Shown here: positions 58,809 to 64,000 of the stretch, piece by piece
Position numbering within the stretch: position 1 is the stretch's first letter
How the letters are laid out: the number at the start of each line of letters is the position of its first letter
Source of the DNA: Psammoneis japonica
Taxonomy: Eukaryota
Assembly (NCBI GenBank): GCA_008632985.1
Contig: QPGO01000136.1
Span: 124,001 to 188,000, forward strand
Direction of reading: 5' to 3'
DNA length: 64,000 bases
Translations under genes and position numbers: made by a program
The notes under the pieces: model-generated
Told to the model about the DNA's origin: nothing
Database searches by the model: none
What the model saw: only the letters and a program-made list of their open reading frames with translations

Positions 58809-60937
58809 TCATTCCAATCCATCCAATAGAGTTCCAAAACTGCTCTTTTTGAGATTCTTCACTCGCGCTTGTCGATCCCGTTCATACCATTCATCCTTGT
58901 CCAAGAAACGACTGTAAGATCCCTCGTCTTGGGTGACATCAGCACGCAAATCTCCATACAATTCCGCTTCACTCTCCCACCAATCAGCCACGTCCTCTTG
59001 GCCCACATTTCGTGCCTGCTCTGCCTTTTCCTTGGCAACTTGCCGTGGACTCCTTGATTGCAACAATTCCTCGACTGCCTCTTGGTCACCACGTCGTTTG
59101 GCATTACGAATCTTGTATTGACGACGAACCGATTCATCCACCAGAGGCAAGAGCATGGCGTCGAGCGGATTGGGTTTGCCCTGTAATTGTGCTTGTTGAA
59201 GGACACGTGGCCGTGGCAATTTGGATCCATCAAAGTTACTCATGGACAAGAGTACCTTGGCCTTGTCCTCGTTCTTGAGTGCATCGTATTCGGCCAAGGA
59301 TTGAATGGGATTGTCCGTGGGAAACATGGAGAAGGAGGAGGATCTTGACGACGACGACTCGTCATCATTGCGCGGCTCAAACAAAGAATCGTAGAGAGAT
59401 GCCGTGGTTCTCGGAATACTCAGTGGTGACACATTGTCTGAGCTACTGGAACTGTTTTGACCCTCTACAACAAATGTAATATCGTCGTCGAGTGTTTCCC
59501 ACAAAGGAATGGCTTCTCGGACATCTCTTGACTCCTCTTTCGAAATGACGGGCGCTCCCAACAAGCTGGATCGTTCCCAAATTTGCGACTCCACACGAAT
59601 GGGTACATTGTACGCCAGCGCCACTCCCACCGCCTCGTCGGCATCACATTCCACCACCATGGTGGCTCCTCCGGTTCCTCCCTCATTGCCGTAATCTTGG
59701 TTGGGATTCGAAACGGTCACTTGTTCGCCCAAAATAGTGGTGGTTTCTGTGGCGGTCTGTCGTTGCAATACCAACGCTCCACCCAAGGCGAGCGTCCCAC
59801 GCAAGAGACTGGTGTTTTCCAACACGACCCCAATCACGTCCGCATTCAATTGATTACCGATAATTTCTTTAGTAAATCGTAGGGACTCGAGTACGGCAAG
59901 ACACTGTCGTCGACATCTTGTTTGGAATCCAACATGGGTGCATAGCCCATGGCTCCACGGTAGGGAGCGGCATTCTTGCCAAAGTCTGTGGTTTGATTGG
60001 CAATCCTGTCCAAGAGTTGCATGTAAAAGGCAGACGAATCATCATCCTTCTTGTCGGATGCTGACATTTGTTTCAGGGACTCTTGTGCTTGATGGATTTG
60101 CTCTTGAATGGCATCCTTGGTTTCTATCAATTCGTCGATAGACTCTTCGCTCTCACTATTTGTCCGCGCAATGGCTAGCTGATAGTCACACTCGGCCAAT
60201 TCCATTTGATATTCCTTGAGCTGCAATTCCAAAATGCGTTGCGCCAGAGATACGGCCGTCTCATCGTCTTCTTCTTTTGTGATATCTGGTTGCAAGGCAT
60301 ATTTGAGTCGCAATGCCAAATTACCCAATCCGACACTGCGTCCCTGCCAATCTTTTCCTAAAAAGCGATTGTAGGCATCCCGCTTACCCAAGTGTTGTTT
60401 TTGAGAAATGGGATTGCCAGCAGCATCACGGTTGCGTTTTTGGGGATCGACACTCCACGCACTCCATGGTAATTCATCAAACAAACCTCCATCACGATTG
60501 ACCAACAGGGTGTTGAGTCCCAAACAAACAGATTTGGAAATTGGCATGTTCCTGTATGCAAACGATACGAGCTTGAGCTGGCGATTGGCAAACGTCGTGG
60601 AGAGCGGTACCCAAAGAGCAGATGTTGGAGTAGACAATGGTTCAGGATTGGTGGACAGCACTAGACACTGCGAACGTGTTGTATTGCTACCGGCACTGCC
60701 ACGTCCCACCAGGTACGTTTTGAGGAGAGTAGTGGAAGAAGCATCGGGACAAACAAGAGCCTCAACAAGCGCGTCTTGTTTTGCTTGTTCCAGAACATCA
60801 ATGTTGTCATTGCTGCTCTTGAGAAGAAGCGTAGTGGCTGGGCGAGAATACGAATGAAGAATAGGGGTAAAGGCGTGTACAACACATGCCAAGAAGGCGG
60901 CTACAATAACCAAGCCGCGTCGGCATGAATTCATCAT
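58809..60937 (-). CDS. Plastid-targeted hypothetical protein with coiled-coil and a DUF151 (bifunctional nuclease)-like segment; frameshift near 59850
   Basis: Signal peptide ending VHA-FTP. ECDADEAVGVALAYNVPIRV resembles the DUF151 D(A)RPSDAIALA..PI motif. ORFs 59846-60991 and 58809-59849 abut. Confidence 0.6.
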
Positions 60938-61234
60938 CGTGCTCGTTTCTTTTTTTGTGAGAAAGAAGAAATAAGCAAAGGCCTTTGTCACAATGACGTC
61001 AGCAGCCTTTTGGGAACGGCGTACAGACGATCAATTTCGGACGACGTCATCTATTCAAAAGTCCTATTGCCCATGAGAACAGCAGACTTAACTTCCAGCA
61101 GTTTATGACGTGGCCGGCTGTTTAAAATTCCGATTTGGTATTGTCCTACGTAATTCTACGTAGAGAGACGTTATTCTTTTGGTCACACAGAATTCGGTTT
61201 GTCACTTTTTGAACACATCACAACAACAACAGCA

Positions 61235-62716
61235 ATGATGCCGATCAACATGCCGTTGTTGTTCATACTCCTTACTGCTAGTGTGCTTTGCTGTACCAAT
61301 GGATTTTCTATATCAATGCCATCACATCCAACAAGCACAACAACAATACGAGGAACAACATTGCTGCAAGCTCTTCCATCCTCCAACAAGGGTCCATCGG
61401 ACCGTTCCAAATCGGTATTTTTATCCGCAACTACGACCCTAACCAACATTCGTCCAGAAACGTCGTCGTCGCCAAGCACGTTTTCAGAAGAACTCAATTC
61501 CATCGAGTCCATTATAGAGGCGGCATTGTTGGTAACGGGCAGCACGGTCGGAGCCTCGTGTTTGGTGTTGCCCGATACCGTGGCGGGACCCGGCATGTTG
61601 GCTTGTCTGCCAATGTTTGGCGTCGCCTATGCCTTTAATTTGATTTCGGGACTCGTCTTGGCCGAGGTGGCCATACAACAATACGAATCGAATGGATCAC
61701 AAGTGCCATCGTCCTTTGCCGAATTTGGTAGTGAAACGCTGGGTCCCGAAACGGGACGAGCCATTTCGGCCTTGTCCGTCTTGGTGAATACCTGTGTCGT
61801 GTCGTTTGATCTCGTACGAGCCGGGACTGTTTTGGGAAATGAATTACTGCCTTTGGGTGACACTGCCATTTCCCATGAAACCATGTCTGTCTTGTTTGCA
61901 ACCGTCATTGCCGGTTTGGTAGCGACACGTTCCTCCAAGGAACTCTCGTCCATTGCCAGCATGGCTGTTTTGTTGTTGTTTGCATCCTTTGCCGCCTTGC
62001 TCTTGCCCGGCATGGCACATGTGGTGCAACATCATGCCGTCATGAGCACGTTGCTGACACCGGGAACTAGTACTACAAACAACATGCAAGCGTGTCTCCA
62101 CGCCTTTCCTATATTGTTATTGACGTGTGTCTATCAAAACATTGTTCCGTCCGTGACGAAAATATTAAATTATCAACGAACTCAAGTCACGGCGGCACTA
62201 ACGTTGGGATCGCTCTTGCCATTGATCATGTATATTGCATGGAGTTGGACCGTGTTGGGAGGTGGAATGGACACTTCCAGTTTGGTGGGTGGACCACTGC
62301 TGCAAGTCTTTAGCATTGCCGCCGTCACCGGATCGGCGTTGGGATGTACAATGTCGATTGCCGAAGAAGTCGATACGGTTATTCTCGAGTCCAAACAAGA
62401 GACAATACTACAAGACGTCAACAAGAAGGGTTTCAATTTGTCGTCCGTGCTCCTTTCGGTTTCGGTTCCACTCGCTGCGGGTTTGCTCTTTGCGGGTGGC
62501 AAGGACTTTGATGCGGCACTCAGTGTGGCGGGGACCTATGGCGATCCACTGCTGTATGGTGTCATTCCGGCATGCATGGCGTATACCCAACGACAAGCGT
62601 CTGGGGAAAACAAGAATAGTTTGGTGCCATCGTCGCTGCTGAATGTATTGGGAGTGGGATCCATGCTGTTTTTGGGACAAGAGTTGGTTGAGGATGTTTC
62701 AAGCGTACTTTCATAG
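61235..62716 (+). CDS. Aromatic amino acid permease (TyrP/Mtr family), probably plastid-targeted
   Basis: ALLVTGSTVGASCLVLP, SGLVLAEV, YQNIVPSV, LGSLLPLIMYIAW, many TM helices. Signal peptide ending TNG-FSI. Confidence 0.85.
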   Translation: MMPINMPLLFILLTASVLCCTNGFSISMPSHPTSTTTIRGTTLLQALPSSNKGPSDRSKSVFLSATTTLTNIRPETSSSPSTFSEELNSIESIIEAALLVTGSTVGASCLVLPDTVAGPGMLACLPMFGVAYAFNLISGLVLAEVAIQQYESNGSQVPSSFAEFGSETLGPETGRAISALSVLVNTCVVSFDLVRAGTVLGNELLPLGDTAISHETMSVLFATVIAGLVATRSSKELSSIASMAVLLLFASFAALLLPGMAHVVQHHAVMSTLLTPGTSTTNNMQACLHAFPILLLTCVYQNIVPSVTKILNYQRTQVTAALTLGSLLPLIMYIAWSWTVLGGGMDTSSLVGGPLLQVFSIAAVTGSALGCTMSIAEEVDTVILESKQETILQDVNKKGFNLSSVLLSVSVPLAAGLLFAGGKDFDAALSVAGTYGDPLLYGVIPACMAYTQRQASGENKNSLVPSSLLNVLGVGSMLFLGQELVEDVSSVLS

Positions 62717-62940
62717 ATGCAGCAAAGCTAGCTAGAGCACAATTTTGATTTACACAGCAGCTGCTCTTTCTTTGACTCTAGATCAAGCACATCAGTCGGT
62801 TTTTGGGACAAGAATTGGTCGAAGACGTTTCAAGCGCACTTTCATAGATATGGTACTATCGAAAAGCTAGCTAGAGCTCATTTTGACTATGCAACAACTG
62901 CTCCCTCCTTTACTCTCTGGACACTAGGACCTAGATCAAA
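62669..62940. repeat. Tandem duplication (about 130-bp period) of the permease 3' coding end, stop and 3' flank
   Basis: tttttgggacaagagttggttgaggatgtttcaagcgtactttcatagat versus tttttgggacaagaattggtcgaagacgtttcaagcgcactttcatagat. Confidence 0.88.
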
Positions 62941-63277
62941 TAATAAGACGTGCAACAGGCGCTTAAAATAGCACATGATGCGCGCGCGTGCGCTTAAATA
63001 CTCTCTACCGTATCCGTCACTACAAAACTTGAAATTTTCAGAACTTCCTCCAATTGGTGGATCGCCTCGCTCTTCTACATGTACCGTAGGGCCTTATTTG
63101 GTGTTTCTTCGGTCGTCTCTACAGGTACATGAGACGTACCGTACTATCGGGTTGAAGCTGCACTAAGACAGAACGTTCAGATTATCAATCACGCTTTTGA
63201 GCTGGCATAAGGTATCATCGTCATTGGCTCAACGACGTCTCCTTGACCCTCGTTGCGTTGTTGGTGTGGTCATCAGG

Positions 63278-64000
63278 ATGTGGGGCCCCGCTGTTGCTAC
63301 TGCTCCTCGAGCCGCAACAAGAGCAATGAGCCGCCGCATTTTAGTCGGCAGCAGTCCTCATCATCCTGGCGCCCTCCATCAACTTATTGCTCTTCCCACA
63401 GCGGAATCGACGTCGAGGAAGATCGCCACGGCCACGCATCCGTGCAGGGGAAAATACGGCAGAAGCGCTTCCCGAGACGAACGCAACCGGACTCGAGAGA
63501 GTAAAGAGTAAGAAACATGGCGTTTGATACTGGAGACAACAAAAGATTCAGGACTTGCGGCAGCAGTTGTCGCCGTCGGCGGAAGAAAAAGATCTTGCAT
63601 CACAACCCACCCAAAAAGCAAGGGTGACCGCGAAAATTCCCTTCATCAGACCAGATCGTCTCCTCTCGAAAGAAGAATTCGGCCAACATATGGGCAACCT
63701 CTATGACGAACTGAACCATCATTTGACAGAGCTTCACCCGACCGACCAGCAGTGGCTGCAGCAAGATCTCGTGGCGATTGCAGTCGGCGGGCTTGCCTTG
63801 ACGGAGTTGATGCAGATAATTAAGACCGATGTACTACCACAGATTAAAGGCAACAAGAAAGATCACGATTCCGTGAACAGATTGGTAGAATGGTATAAAA
63901 GGACGAGCATTGAGCAATACATGGAGCATCTTGGTGAACTTGAGGCGCTGAGTACCGAAACGAAAGGCATCCTTGGTGCTGCGCTGCAGGTTCCCAAGGA
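63278..64000 (+). CDS. Hypothetical protein, 5' part, running off the window end
   Basis: Possible start MWGPAVATAPRAATRAMSRR. A stop-free frame from about 63530 to the end (..LSKEEFGQHMGNLYDELNHHL..KGILGAALQVPK). The junction is unclear. Confidence 0.4.

Noticed and set aside
14546..60937. Frameshifts in many host genes (MYND, DUF1995, PhnP-like, amine oxidase, HDAC, cullin-3, nitronate monooxygenase, 58809-60937) as programmed frameshifting or mass pseudogenisation
   Set aside because: They occur in unrelated, otherwise well-conserved genes including cullin-3, often near short homopolymers. Uncorrected assembly indels are the simpler explanation. Read data are needed to be sure.
1..64000. 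CRISPR arrays, rRNA or tRNA genes
   Set aside because: No regularly spaced repeat-spacer array or recognisable structural RNA was seen, and the context is eukaryotic. A covariance-model search was not possible.

Overview
This is eukaryotic nuclear DNA, most likely from a pennate diatom. Evidence: short GT-AG introns, signal peptide plus ASAFAP-like plastid presequences, and a cytochrome-b5-fused delta-6 desaturase of the Phaeodactylum type. About 25 host genes are recognisable, including Rab1, cullin-3, delta-6 desaturase, SBPase, Deg1 protease, class II HDAC, class 3 lipase, PhnP-like hydrolase, nitronate monooxygenase, flavin amine oxidase and a TyrP-family permease. Many carry single frameshifts that look like assembly indels. 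Four sharply bounded blocks (about 1-14180, 35370-39560, 41800-43360, 54660-56940) have lost almost all TpA dinucleotides, replaced by TpG/CpA. They contain a full-length Ty3/Gypsy LTR element (4689-14447, 4-bp TSD) with a nested MITE, plus decayed copies of host genes. Comparing the two LTRs, and decayed paralogs with their intact neighbours, shows directional TAY->TGY change (RTA->RCA on the other strand) on top of CpG decay. This looks like a domain-restricted A-to-G hypermutation of repeats running opposite to fungal RIP, and it is the main candidate novel system. The Gypsy pol also carries an extra region between RNase H and integrase that resembles a degenerate C5 cytosine methyltransferase. 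All counts are by eye and all family calls come from motif recognition, not database searches.
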